From sequence record SRR31156797_762: DNA of 54,860 bases; one strand, written 5' to 3'. The notes under the pieces are model-generated. The model saw only the letters and a list, made by a program, of their open reading frames with translations. It was not told where the DNA came from and did no database searches. The translations under genes were made by a program, and so were the position numbers. This document shows, in pieces, positions 38,188-48,011 of this stretch. Numbering within the stretch: position 1 is the first letter of the stretch; each line of letters begins with the position of its first letter.

Positions 38188-38777
38188 TTATAAGCAGGAT
38201 CTTCGGGAAAATCAGACCAAGTTTTATAAACGTCGCCTAAGCTTTTCATACTGTTTTTCCAGATGTCTTCAATATCATCGTTCATAATCATTTCATCATC
38301 TATTTCAGTAACAATCCAGGAATTCTCATCAATTTCATCCTCCAATTGGTTTGGTGACCAACCTGAATAACCTGCAAAAAACTTTACTTGTTTATAGGAC
38401 GCTTCATTATTATTGATTAGTTCTTTGAGAGTATCAAAGTCACCTCCCCAATAAATATTATCTGTAATTTTTACTGATCCTGGTATTTTTCGTCCAAGCG
38501 TATGAATAAAATGCAGCGTGTCAGAGGAAACAGGTCCGCCAATAAAAAGTTCACCTTTAAAGGAAAGCAAATCATCAATAACTTCATCTGGATATACGTT
38601 ACTGCTTTTGTTGAGTACAAAACCCACAGCTCCTTGAGATCCATGTTCAGTAAGTAGTACAATGGATCGGCCAAAATAAGGTCCTTTTAAAAAAGGATCT
38701 GCAATAAGAATCTTTCCCTTGGATGGTTTAATTCGTGGCAGTTTAGCTTCAAAAATATTAAAATCTAGCTCCCTCAT
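38184..38777 (-). CDS. YqgE/AlgH family protein
   Basis: F.RSIVLL.EH, GFVLNK, GGPV and FFAGYSGW...QL..EI motifs. Confidence 0.95.
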   Translation of the reverse strand: MRELDFNIFEAKLPRIKPSKGKILIADPFLKGPYFGRSIVLLTEHGSQGAVGFVLNKSSNVYPDEVIDDLLSFKGELFIGGPVSSDTLHFIHTLGRKIPGSVKITDNIYWGGDFDTLKELINNNEASYKQVKFFAGYSGWSPNQLEDEIDENSWIVTEIDDEMIMNDDIEDIWKNSMKSLGDVYKTWSDFPEDPAYN

Positions 38778-38995
38778 ATTTCTGTTATTCTCAAAATCGG
38801 TTAAATATACTTAAATTTTAAAAAAATACTTATTTGTACCAAATTCGTCATAAAATTAGACCTGTTTGTTTGCTTAAATTACGAATTAATGATTTTTATA
38901 AAAAATTATTCGTCAATTATTTGTTCAATCCATAAAAAATAGAATTCATAATGGTTTCCTTCTATATTTGTGGAATTCTTAAAGTTATTATTCTT

Positions 38996-40915
38996 ATGCA
39001 GCGATTTTTTACAGCAAAACTGCTTATTTTCTTTTTAGTTGTTTTTTCAACTCAATCTATTGCCCAAAAAAGTAATATAGAAATAAATCTACCAGATATA
39101 ATTGTTACTTCAGTTGAGTACGATCTGACAGTGGATTTATCCAGTTTGGAAGATTCTCTGCATGATCGGTTGGAAGTGTTTGTTGGTGATCAACTTATAA
39201 TAGGTGAAATTACCCAAAAGCAACTCTTATTTCATTCTGATTTTGAGGATGATGTCGTTGTTAAAATAGTTTATGACAATCAAATATTAGCAAAAGAAGA
39301 CATTACTCCAATTCCAATCTGGTTTTCGATTTTTCCACCATTAATTGCCATATTAATGGCATTGCTTACCAAAGAGGTTTTTTCTTCTCTTTTTGTAGGA
39401 CTTTTATTTGGAACCACAATAATTTGGAAATATAAAGGCTTTTCTTTTTTTGTCAGTTTAGGAAAGGGTTTTTTTAGTGTGGTAGATACATATGCCTTGG
39501 ATGCCTTGCTGGATTCCGACCATCTTTCCATTATTATCTTTTCTATGTTGATAGGAGGAATGGTGGCGTTAATTACCTTAAACGGAGGTATGAAAGGTGT
39601 AGTTAGTTATTTGGCCAAATATGCGAATAGTCCGCGTTCGGGACAATTTATTACCTGGTTGATGGGTTTATTAATCTTTTTTGATGATTATGCGAATACC
39701 TTGGTTGTTGGAAACACTATGCGACCTGTAACAGATAAATTAAATATATCTCGTGAAAAGTTGGCATATATAGTTGATTCTACTTCAGCACCTATTGCTT
39801 CGGTGGCCTTTATTACAACATGGATTGGAGCTGAGTTGAGTTATATAAGTGAAGGTGTTAATCAACTTGGGATTGATCAATCTGCATATCAGGTGTTCTT
39901 AAATTCTTTAGGGTTTGCATTCTATCCTATTTTTACTTTGTTTTTTGTATTGATGCTTATTCTGATGAAAAAAGATTTTGGTCCGATGTACAAAGCAGAA
40001 GAAAGAGCCAGAACTTTAAGAAATGATCAGGATAACATATCAGCAATGCATCAACCACAGATAGTTAAAGAAATTGAGGTGAGTGAAAGCGTAAAAGGAC
40101 GATGGTATAATGCATTTATTCCAGTTGTCATTGTTGTGGCAGGAACTATAATTGGTCTTTTCTATACTGGTTATGAAATAGATGTATGGCAAGGTTCAAA
40201 TGCTTCCTTTTTTCAGAAACTATCCGTAACTATAGGGAATGCCGATTCTTTTAAAGCACTTATTTGGTCATCGATGGTGGGCGTTTTAGCTGCTTTATTA
40301 TTAACAACATTTCAAAAGGTGCTTTCATTACGAGATGCCATGGAAGGTTTAGTCAATGGATTTAAAACCATGTTTAACGCCATATTAGTTTTGGTTTTGG
40401 CCTGGAGTATTGCAGCTATTACAGCCGATCTTCATACAGCTACCTTTATTACAGGAATATTAAGAGAAATTCAATTAAGTCCGCAATGGGTGCCTGCGTT
40501 GGCTTTTGTTTTTTCAGCACTTATTGCTTTTAGTACCGGTTCTTCGTGGGGAACAATGGCTATTATTTATCCATTAGTTTTACCGGCTTGTTGGAAAATT
40601 TCTATGGATGCAGGACTTGACATGGACGCTGCATTACCTATTTTTTACAATGTAGTATCTACCGTGTTGGCAGGTTCTGTGTTAGGAGATCATTGCTCAC
40701 CTATATCTGATACGACTATTTTAAGCTCTTTAGCGAGTTCTTGTAATCATGTAGCGCATGTTAAAACCCAATTACCTTATGCTTTAATTGTGGGAGGTGT
40801 TTCTTTGTTTGTGGGAACAATTCCTGGAGCATTTGGAGTTTCTTCTATTTATACAATTGTAGCGGGTTTACTTGTTTTGTTTCTGGTTGTTTTAAAACTT
40901 GGGAAAAGGGTATAA
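38996..40915 (+). CDS. Na+/H+ antiporter NhaC-family protein with N-terminal soluble extension
   Basis: IFFDDYAN, SREKLAYIVDSTSAP, TGSSWGT and GDHCSPISDTT; TATATTTG box at 38963-38970 supports ATG 38996. Confidence 0.92.
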   Translation: MQRFFTAKLLIFFLVVFSTQSIAQKSNIEINLPDIIVTSVEYDLTVDLSSLEDSLHDRLEVFVGDQLIIGEITQKQLLFHSDFEDDVVVKIVYDNQILAKEDITPIPIWFSIFPPLIAILMALLTKEVFSSLFVGLLFGTTIIWKYKGFSFFVSLGKGFFSVVDTYALDALLDSDHLSIIIFSMLIGGMVALITLNGGMKGVVSYLAKYANSPRSGQFITWLMGLLIFFDDYANTLVVGNTMRPVTDKLNISREKLAYIVDSTSAPIASVAFITTWIGAELSYISEGVNQLGIDQSAYQVFLNSLGFAFYPIFTLFFVLMLILMKKDFGPMYKAEERARTLRNDQDNISAMHQPQIVKEIEVSESVKGRWYNAFIPVVIVVAGTIIGLFYTGYEIDVWQGSNASFFQKLSVTIGNADSFKALIWSSMVGVLAALLLTTFQKVLSLRDAMEGLVNGFKTMFNAILVLVLAWSIAAITADLHTATFITGILREIQLSPQWVPALAFVFSALIAFSTGSSWGTMAIIYPLVLPACWKISMDAGLDMDAALPIFYNVVSTVLAGSVLGDHCSPISDTTILSSLASSCNHVAHVKTQLPYALIVGGVSLFVGTIPGAFGVSSIYTIVAGLLVLFLVVLKLGKRV

Positions 40916-40948
40916 AAAAAACACCACTCATCTTGTAAGTGGTGTTTT
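40914..40948. terminator. Bidirectional intrinsic terminator
   Basis: AAAACACCACT / AGTGGTGTTTT inverted repeat between convergent genes. Confidence 0.8.
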
Positions 40949-40968
40949 ATATAAGAGAAAATAACTAC

Positions 40969-42567
40969 TTATTTCTTAATTACTTTTTGAGTGATGATAT
41001 CACCCGCTATAGTTTTTACTTTAACGATGTATACGCCATTACTTAAGTCAGATGTAGAGATAATAGCTTGATTCGTTCCGCTATAAATATTAGAACTTAC
41101 TAACTGACCAACAGCGTTCATTATTTCAACAGAACTAATGGCATCTGCTTTAACAGTCAACTGGGTTGTAAAAGGCACAGGGAAAATCTCTAAGGCTGCA
41201 TCAGAAGAAGCAATACTTGTCGTTGTTGATGCGATATCGCTGATATATCTAGGAGCTAATTGGTAAGTTGTATTGTATCTTATAGCTAGTCCTGTTAAAT
41301 CTGCTGAGGCAGGTATAATCTCATCAGTAAAATCTGTGTAGAAGTTAAGTCTTAAAACAATTGGACTTGAAGCGGCATCAGTTACATCGTAGTTTGAACC
41401 ATGAGAAAAAGTATTTCCAGCTTCTTCACCAAAGTTAATGCCATTTATTTTTACTAAAGTTGATTCGTAAGTAGACCAGCTAGCTTCCAATTGAGCTACC
41501 GTTAATTCAACTGCTGAAATATCATTATTTGTAGAAGTTGCAGCTCCTGGATCTGCAGCAGGAACAATTTGTAGTAATTGGTTGTAATTACCTAATGTTC
41601 CAACAATTCCGCTTATTCCGTCACCTACATTATACGATGTAGTAATAATGCCCTCAGTATCATCAATGGCTATTCCTCCTGTTGCATCTTGAAGGTATTT
41701 AGCTCCTCTGTAGGATTGCTGATAAGTTAAAAAGGCCTCGCCTGTAAGTAAGTATACTCCACCTTCAGCTTGAGATCTTAATTCTGCAATAGTAGAAACT
41801 TCTACAGGGAATAAATATGTAGCTTCAGAAACAACACTTTCTTGCATTCCATCTTTATATGCAATGGCCATAATTGTTGTGTTAGAAGATACTTCAAAAG
41901 CACCGGAGTATTCTGTAGATGTATTGTCTGGAGTTGATCCATCGGTAGTATAATAAATAGTAGCACCTTCTGTTGTACTGCTTAGTGTGATATTTTGAGC
42001 TGTATTATATACTCCTCCTGCAGGTGAAAATTCTGGCGTTACAACAGCATCTGCAGATGGCCAACTTTCAAATCCTCCATCTGGAATTAAATTTGCACCT
42101 TCATTTTCTGAGAAAATAGCATTGTCAACATAAATAACAGCATCACCATCCCATCCTGCACTTACATCGTAAAAACGAAGTCTTATTTGTGCAGTTGTAG
42201 CACCAGTTGGAACGTTACCTGTATACTCTAATGTTGTCCAGTTTGCATCATCTGTAGAATAAATAGAAGTGTAATCGTTTCCTGTACTCCAAACAATTAC
42301 CATTCTTATTCTTCCTCCTGCGTCATTATCTAGTACATCTAATTTGTAAGAGAAAGGAGCATCCGAAGTAACCGAAAAAACTTCAGATTCAATATCCTGA
42401 TTCGAGGTGCTTGTCCAAGTTGCTTTAACAGCATTGTCTCCTTCTGTTTTGATAGATGTTTCTTGTTCTAATGTAACACTTGAAGTTGCAATAGTCCATT
42501 GTTGAAGCTGTGCATTAATACCTGTTGAAATTACAACAGCTGCAATAAAAAGTAAAATTTGTTTCAT
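40969..42567 (-). CDS. T9SS-secreted multidomain protein (CBM-like, Fn3-associated/CHB_HEX_C-like and DUF5689-like domains)
   Basis: Signal peptide; P.FSP.GG.Y...IYYTTDGSTP...S..Y; YLQDATGGI; C-terminal IFPVP...LSNGVYIVKV...KVIKK. Confidence 0.85.
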   Translation of the reverse strand: MKQILLFIAAVVISTGINAQLQQWTIATSSVTLEQETSIKTEGDNAVKATWTSTSNQDIESEVFSVTSDAPFSYKLDVLDNDAGGRIRMVIVWSTGNDYTSIYSTDDANWTTLEYTGNVPTGATTAQIRLRFYDVSAGWDGDAVIYVDNAIFSENEGANLIPDGGFESWPSADAVVTPEFSPAGGVYNTAQNITLSSTTEGATIYYTTDGSTPDNTSTEYSGAFEVSSNTTIMAIAYKDGMQESVVSEATYLFPVEVSTIAELRSQAEGGVYLLTGEAFLTYQQSYRGAKYLQDATGGIAIDDTEGIITTSYNVGDGISGIVGTLGNYNQLLQIVPAADPGAATSTNNDISAVELTVAQLEASWSTYESTLVKINGINFGEEAGNTFSHGSNYDVTDAASSPIVLRLNFYTDFTDEIIPASADLTGLAIRYNTTYQLAPRYISDIASTTTSIASSDAALEIFPVPFTTQLTVKADAISSVEIMNAVGQLVSSNIYSGTNQAIISTSDLSNGVYIVKVKTIAGDIITQKVIKK

Positions 42568-42872
42568 ATTAATTATAGTTAGAAAGTATTAAAATTCCGA
42601 TGCTAAGTTGTATTTATTTTGTTGTATTCATTTTGTGTAATTGTCAAGTATATATTAAATGTATGTTATATATTGAACAAAACAAAATTAATTTAAAAGT
42701 GTTTTGATTTGATTTTTTAGGAGTGGTTTTCTACAAAAATATGTTTTTAGATTTGTATATGAAAGAATATGAGGGGTGTTGATTAATTTTTAGGATTTGA
42801 ATTGATGAAAGTAATATTCTAAAGGAGGAAAGTAGTGATCCAACTGGTCGGTCGTTTCTTGTATTTGTTGCT

Positions 42873-44318
42873 TTAAAGGTTTAATTCCTTACTTATTTCT
42901 TTTATTTCGTTTTTTATCTCATTTTTTGACTCACCATCATTTAGTAATTGAGCCTTTTCAAGAAATAATTCTGCTTGAATAGAATCCTGTTTTTGTAAGT
43001 AAATTTTAGCAGAATATATAGCTGCATATGGTGCAAAGTATCTGCTTTTCGTATTTTCAGCATTTATTGCAGCTAGATAATGTTGCAATGCCTTTTCTGT
43101 ATTTTCCAAAAGTTGAAAACATCTACCGAGACGGTACTCATATTCTAATATACTATTTTTTTTAGAAATAATTTGATTGTGATTTTGAATAAGTACCTCC
43201 TTTGCTAGCAGGTATTGGCCACAATCGAATAGCAATCGAGCTTTTACAAGATAAATGTCCGGTATTCCATTTTGGTTGCTCTCGTATCTGGCTTGCTTAT
43301 CTTCATAGGTAGGAAACACACTTAATTGACTAATGTATTGTTTTTCCTTTATGTATTTGAGAGTGTCACCAGAAATCAGATAGTGCCAAGAAAGATAGCG
43401 GTGTGCATCTGCCACAAAATTATCTCCTTGTGTGGTATCGATGAATCTTTGCAGAAGGTTCTCTGCTGAATTGTTTTGATGGAGTACGGCATTTTTTCCT
43501 TGCAAATATAGAATGATTGATTTGTTTGAATCTTCATTAAGCCAATTGTTGCATAAGTGCGGTTTTCTTACTTTAAACGCACAACGTATGATAATCGATT
43601 GAGTGAAAGTATATAGATCAGAAGGGCAATATTTCGCAATAAATTTTTCGGTGTTATTGGTTTTGAATTTTAAGTGAGCAAAGGCTAAATATAACAAGCC
43701 TTCATTGTAGTGCGCTTCGTTGTGCTTACATTCGTTTATATACTTCTGTAAAAAAAGAAAGCCAGCATCAGAATCACCTTTATATCCAAACCATGCAGTC
43801 CAGTTTTTATATGGTTCGGGTAGATTTCCGATAAGCAAATTAAAAATTCCGTTCAGCTTTAAATTTTGAATTTGATTCGTTTTCTGACTCCTGCTCTTTT
43901 CCCAATAATTATAAGCTTTAAAAAAAGAGAAGACAGCACTGGTAGAATTTCCTTCTGTATATTCAATAATCCCGTTTTGTAGGTATAGTTCCGACAAGTA
44001 TCCAGCGTATATATCAGAAGTGCCTATGTCGCTTAATATCTCAACCGTACTTTTAAAGATATCCTTATGGTGATTCGCATGACCTGACAACACCATCTTA
44101 TCAATAAAATAGCTGTAATGATTCAGGTAAGCTTTTTCTGCATCATCCTGAATGAGTGAAATGGTAGAATCCGCTTTATATATATTTAAATTGAGAAGGT
44201 GTTTTAAAGCTATATTGGAGACATTAGTTTTTTGTGCATCTAAAATAGAAGTGCATCCCAAAATAATGCATATAGCGCATACAATAAATAGCTTATGAAA
44301 TAAAAAGGAGCGTAACAT
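42873..44318 (-). CDS. TPR-containing hypothetical exported protein
   Basis: Signal-like N-terminus; helical TPR-like repeats (YRLGRCFQL...KAL.HY..A). Confidence 0.75.
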   Translation of the reverse strand: MLRSFLFHKLFIVCAICIILGCTSILDAQKTNVSNIALKHLLNLNIYKADSTISLIQDDAEKAYLNHYSYFIDKMVLSGHANHHKDIFKSTVEILSDIGTSDIYAGYLSELYLQNGIIEYTEGNSTSAVFSFFKAYNYWEKSRSQKTNQIQNLKLNGIFNLLIGNLPEPYKNWTAWFGYKGDSDAGFLFLQKYINECKHNEAHYNEGLLYLAFAHLKFKTNNTEKFIAKYCPSDLYTFTQSIIIRCAFKVRKPHLCNNWLNEDSNKSIILYLQGKNAVLHQNNSAENLLQRFIDTTQGDNFVADAHRYLSWHYLISGDTLKYIKEKQYISQLSVFPTYEDKQARYESNQNGIPDIYLVKARLLFDCGQYLLAKEVLIQNHNQIISKKNSILEYEYRLGRCFQLLENTEKALQHYLAAINAENTKSRYFAPYAAIYSAKIYLQKQDSIQAELFLEKAQLLNDGESKNEIKNEIKEISKELNL

Positions 44319-44356
44319 ACATTACAAACATACGGAATAGGAAAGGTATGCACAAT

Positions 44357-44381
44357 AAAAAAGGCTGCATAAAGCAGCCTT
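44357..44381 (-). terminator. Intrinsic terminator of the merR-nif3-Zn ribbon genes
   Basis: AAGGCTGC-N5-GCAGCCTT followed by a T-run on the minus strand. Confidence 0.85.
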
Positions 44382-44405
44382 CAAATATATTGTTATCAAA
44401 GTTGA

Positions 44406-45170
44406 TTAAGCTTCAGTGTTAGCCTCATCCATTTCATTGTCAACCAGAATACGTCCACAGTATTCACAAACAATTACTTTTTTACGAGATCTAATGTCTA
44501 ACTGACGCTGAGGTGGAATTTTATTAAAACATCCGCCACAAGCATCACGCTCTACGGTAACAACGGCTAAACCATTTAATGCATTTTTGCGAATACGTTT
44601 AAAAGCAGTCAATAGTCTGTCTTCAATTGTGCTTTCAATCTGAGCGATTTTTTCAATCTTCTTTTCCTCGTCAACCTGAGTTTCACCAACAATTTCAGTT
44701 AACTCTTTCTTTTTAGCAGCTAAGTCAGCTTTTCTATCTTCTAAAAGTTGTTTTGAAGATTCAATCACATTCTGCTTATTACCAAGCTCAGCTGTAAACT
44801 CTTTAATTCTTTTTTCGCATAATTCAATTTCCAACTTTTGAAATTCAATTTCTTTAGATAAAGAATCGAACTCTCGGTTGTTGCGAACGTTCATTTGCTG
44901 CGCTTCGTATTTTTTTATTAGCACACCAGACTCTTTAATTTCGTTCTTTTTAGCCGTAATAGAGTCATTTAATGCTTTTATTTCATTTTCGTAATTGGAA
45001 ACACGGGTCTCCAGACCTTCAATTTCGTCTTCCAAATCCTGTACTTCAAGTGGTAATTCACCTCTTAGTGTTCTAATCTTATCAACTTCTGATGCCACTT
45101 TCTGCAAGTCATATAATGCCTTTAATTTTTCTTCTACAGACATTTCAGCTTTTTGATTTGTTGTTGCCAT
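44406..45170 (-). CDS. Coiled-coil plus C4 zinc-ribbon protein (DUF164 / CT398-like)
   Basis: Long coiled coil; CGGC...CEYCGRIL; follows nif3. Confidence 0.93.
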   Translation of the reverse strand: MATTNQKAEMSVEEKLKALYDLQKVASEVDKIRTLRGELPLEVQDLEDEIEGLETRVSNYENEIKALNDSITAKKNEIKESGVLIKKYEAQQMNVRNNREFDSLSKEIEFQKLEIELCEKRIKEFTAELGNKQNVIESSKQLLEDRKADLAAKKKELTEIVGETQVDEEKKIEKIAQIESTIEDRLLTAFKRIRKNALNGLAVVTVERDACGGCFNKIPPQRQLDIRSRKKVIVCEYCGRILVDNEMDEANTEA

Positions 45171-45174
45171 TATG

Positions 45175-46269
45175 CTACAAATATTTAATCGGATTTGTAT
45201 TTACTTTCGATAAACGAATCGCAAAATTAGGTATTTTTTTTGTAAGTAGCTCAAAAAAAACTTCTTTAGTAAATTGTTCGCTTTCAAAGTGACCTATATC
45301 TGCAATAATTATTTGGTTTTCTGCATCTGCAAACTGATGATATTTAAAGTCACCACTAATAAAAATATCAGCACCTACACCCTTTGCCCTTCCTAATAGA
45401 AAGCTGCCTGCGCCTCCACAAACTGCTACTTTTTTAATGGGCTTATTCAGTATCTCTGTGTATTTAATACAGCCCACATTAAAAGTTTCTTTAATGCGTT
45501 GCAAAAACTTTATTTCATCTTCAGGACTATCCAATGTGCCGTACATTCCAGAACCAACCTGATCAAATGAATTGTCAAGCGGATAGAGGTCATAGGCCAC
45601 TTCTTCGTAAGGATGTGCCTGCAATAAGGCAGCAATTACTTTTCCTTTTATATGTGCAGGAACAATGGTTTCTATGCGGTTTTCTTTTTCAGTATGCAAT
45701 TTCCCCTGCTCGCCAACGTAAGGATTGGTTTGATCATTTCCTCTGAATGTTCCTTCTCCCTGTGTGTTATAACTGCAAGAATCGTAATTTCCGATATGAC
45801 CGGCTCCGGCTTCAAAAATGGCCGACCTTACTTTTTCTGCCTGATCTTCTGGCACAAAAGTGACCAGCTTTAATAATTCACCTTTTTTAGGTGCTAATAT
45901 CTTACAATCCTTTAATCCAATTTTTTCACATATTTTCCCGTTTACGCCTTGCATTACACTGTCCACATTGGTATGACCAGCATAAATGGCAATGTCGTTT
46001 TTAATGGCTTTAATAATAATACGCTCGTTGTAGTTGTTGCCATTAAACCGCTTTACGCCTCCCATGGCAATGGGATGATGAGCCAAAACGAAATTAAAGC
46101 CTAATTCAATGGCCTCATCCAATACTTCTTCGGTAACATCCAGTGTGATCAAAATTCCGTTTACTTCATCATTTTTATTTCCTATGATGAGTCCGGCATT
46201 ATCATAACTTTCCTGATATGATAGAGGGGCAAAGTCTTCTAAAATACAGGTGATATCTTTTATTTGCAT
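45175..46269 (-). CDS. Nif3-like dinuclear metal-centre hexameric protein with PII-like insertion
   Basis: DNAGL, HHP, HTN.D, GAGHIGNYDSCS, HPYEEVAYD and GHFESE motifs. Confidence 0.96.
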   Translation of the reverse strand: MQIKDITCILEDFAPLSYQESYDNAGLIIGNKNDEVNGILITLDVTEEVLDEAIELGFNFVLAHHPIAMGGVKRFNGNNYNERIIIKAIKNDIAIYAGHTNVDSVMQGVNGKICEKIGLKDCKILAPKKGELLKLVTFVPEDQAEKVRSAIFEAGAGHIGNYDSCSYNTQGEGTFRGNDQTNPYVGEQGKLHTEKENRIETIVPAHIKGKVIAALLQAHPYEEVAYDLYPLDNSFDQVGSGMYGTLDSPEDEIKFLQRIKETFNVGCIKYTEILNKPIKKVAVCGGAGSFLLGRAKGVGADIFISGDFKYHQFADAENQIIIADIGHFESEQFTKEVFFELLTKKIPNFAIRLSKVNTNPIKYL

Positions 46270-46293
46270 CTGTAATTCTGTTGTATTTAAAGG

Positions 46294-46653
46294 CTATAAT
46301 TCAATGTCGTTTTCTGATTCCAGATTGTCTTTCATTTCAATTAAAACAGATCTTATTTCCTTTAGTTTATTAATTACTTCAAAGTTATTGATGGTATCCT
46401 CACGATTTTCTTCCATCTTTTTTTGAGCTCCTTTCAGAGTCATTCCTTTTTCCTTTACCAGATGGAAAATAATATGGAAGTTGTCCACATCTTCCGGTGT
46501 GAAAAGGCGGTTTCCTTTTTTGTTTTTTTTAGGTTTAATAATATCAAATTCCTTCTCCCAAAAACGAATCAGCGAGGTATTTACATCGAATAAGCTGGCA
46601 ACCTCGCCTATGGTATAATACATCTTTTCTATTTTGGGTTTCTTATATGGCAT
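46294..46653 (-). CDS. MerR-family HTH regulator
   Basis: YYTIGEVA...IRFWEKEF...GNRLFT. Confidence 0.93.
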   Translation of the reverse strand: MPYKKPKIEKMYYTIGEVASLFDVNTSLIRFWEKEFDIIKPKKNKKGNRLFTPEDVDNFHIIFHLVKEKGMTLKGAQKKMEENREDTINNFEVINKLKEIRSVLIEMKDNLESENDIEL

Positions 46654-46800
46654 GACAATGTAATTAATGTACGATGTTCTGGTTTTCGAAAAACGGTTTC
46701 AAAACACAATAATACTGTATTTTCAACAATTGAACAATGAGAGGTGTTTATGATGATAGTATATAGTTTAGATTCTTTACTTTTGAGGAAAATCAATACC

Positions 46801-47928
46801 ATGAAGTTTAGTTTATTCGTTTTATTTGCTCTGATTAGTCTGCATGCTGTAAATGCCCAACAGGATACTTTAATCTCTTTTATTGGAGTAGGAGATATGA
46901 TGCTGGGAACCGACTTTCCTAAAAAGGAATATTTGCCTCCTAATAATGATCCACAGCCTTATGTTTCTGAAGCGATTCCTTATTTGCAAAACGCAGATCT
47001 TACCTTGGGTAACCTGGAAACTTGTTTACTCGATGAGGGACCTGTAATTAAACGTTGTAAGGATACTACTAAATGCTATGCGTTCAAAATGCCTGAGGCT
47101 TATGCGCCTTTGTTAAAGGAAATGGGATTTGATTTTTTAAATCTGGCTAATAATCATATCAGGGATTTTGGTGAGGCCGGAATTCAAACCACAACTTATC
47201 ATTTGGATAAAATGAATATGCGATGGGCAGGTTTATTAAGCAAGCCTGTTGATACCATCAGTGTTCAAGATGTAAAAGTTGGTATAGTCGGGGTTTCTCC
47301 AAATACAGGGACGGTAGATATTAATGATTTACCAAACGTTGTTCGAATAGTAACAAACTTGAAAGAAACATGTGACATTGTAATTGTGTCGTTTCATGGT
47401 GGGGCAGAGGGAGCCAAGCATCAACATGTAACACGTGAGGCAGAAACATTTTATGGCGAGAACAGGAGTAATGTGTATGAGTTTGCGCATGCAATGGTTG
47501 ATGCCGGAGCGGACATTATTTTTGGTCATGGACCGCATGTGACCAGGGCGATGGAGATTTATAAAAACCGTTTTATTATTTACAGCCTTGGGAATTTTGC
47601 CACTTACTCGCGTTTTAATTTAACAGGTCCCAATGCGTTAACTCCAATGCTTAAAATCTATACTACAAAAAAAGGAGAGTTTGTAAAAGGAGAGATTATA
47701 CCTTTTAAACAAGTAAAAAATGTGGCTTTGGTTTACGATCATAATAAGACGGTGATTCATAAAATAAAAGACCTGACTAGAATTGATTTTCCGGAGTTGA
47801 ATGATCGATTAGTGATAGAACCCGATGGAAAATTTAGTATGCCATTTGAACGCAAAATGAAACCAAAGGGAATGGAGATGAATATGGCAATGATTCAGGG
47901 AAAGATGGAGTTGATCTTAAAACAATAG
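46801..47928 (+). CDS. CapA-family metallophosphoesterase-fold protein
   Basis: GD.ML, GNLE, ANNH, SFHGG, GHGPHV and YSLGNF; TACTTTTG box at 46778-46785 supports ATG 46801. Confidence 0.92.
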   Translation: MKFSLFVLFALISLHAVNAQQDTLISFIGVGDMMLGTDFPKKEYLPPNNDPQPYVSEAIPYLQNADLTLGNLETCLLDEGPVIKRCKDTTKCYAFKMPEAYAPLLKEMGFDFLNLANNHIRDFGEAGIQTTTYHLDKMNMRWAGLLSKPVDTISVQDVKVGIVGVSPNTGTVDINDLPNVVRIVTNLKETCDIVIVSFHGGAEGAKHQHVTREAETFYGENRSNVYEFAHAMVDAGADIIFGHGPHVTRAMEIYKNRFIIYSLGNFATYSRFNLTGPNALTPMLKIYTTKKGEFVKGEIIPFKQVKNVALVYDHNKTVIHKIKDLTRIDFPELNDRLVIEPDGKFSMPFERKMKPKGMEMNMAMIQGKMELILKQ

Positions 47929-47964
47929 GATGATTAAATATACCTCATCATAAAGACTAAAAAC

Positions 47965-47997
47965 AAAAAGCCGCATCCTCGTTTTGAATGCGGCTTT
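47965..47997. terminator. Intrinsic terminator between convergent genes
   Basis: AAAGCCGCAT / ATGCGGCTTT inverted repeat with an A-run on the left. Confidence 0.8.
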
Positions 47998-48011
47998 ATA
48001 GTTTGTTTTAT

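Noticed and set aside
42568-42872. AT-rich intergenic region as a possible ncRNA or riboswitch
   Set aside because: No recognisable conserved RNA motif or stable structure by eye
46294-46653. MerR gene as a metal-resistance regulator
   Set aside because: No Cys ligands and no resistance genes nearby; short housekeeping-type MerR
46801-47928. capA as evidence of a poly-gamma-glutamate capsule locus
   Set aside because: No capB/capC neighbours; stand-alone CapA-domain genes are common
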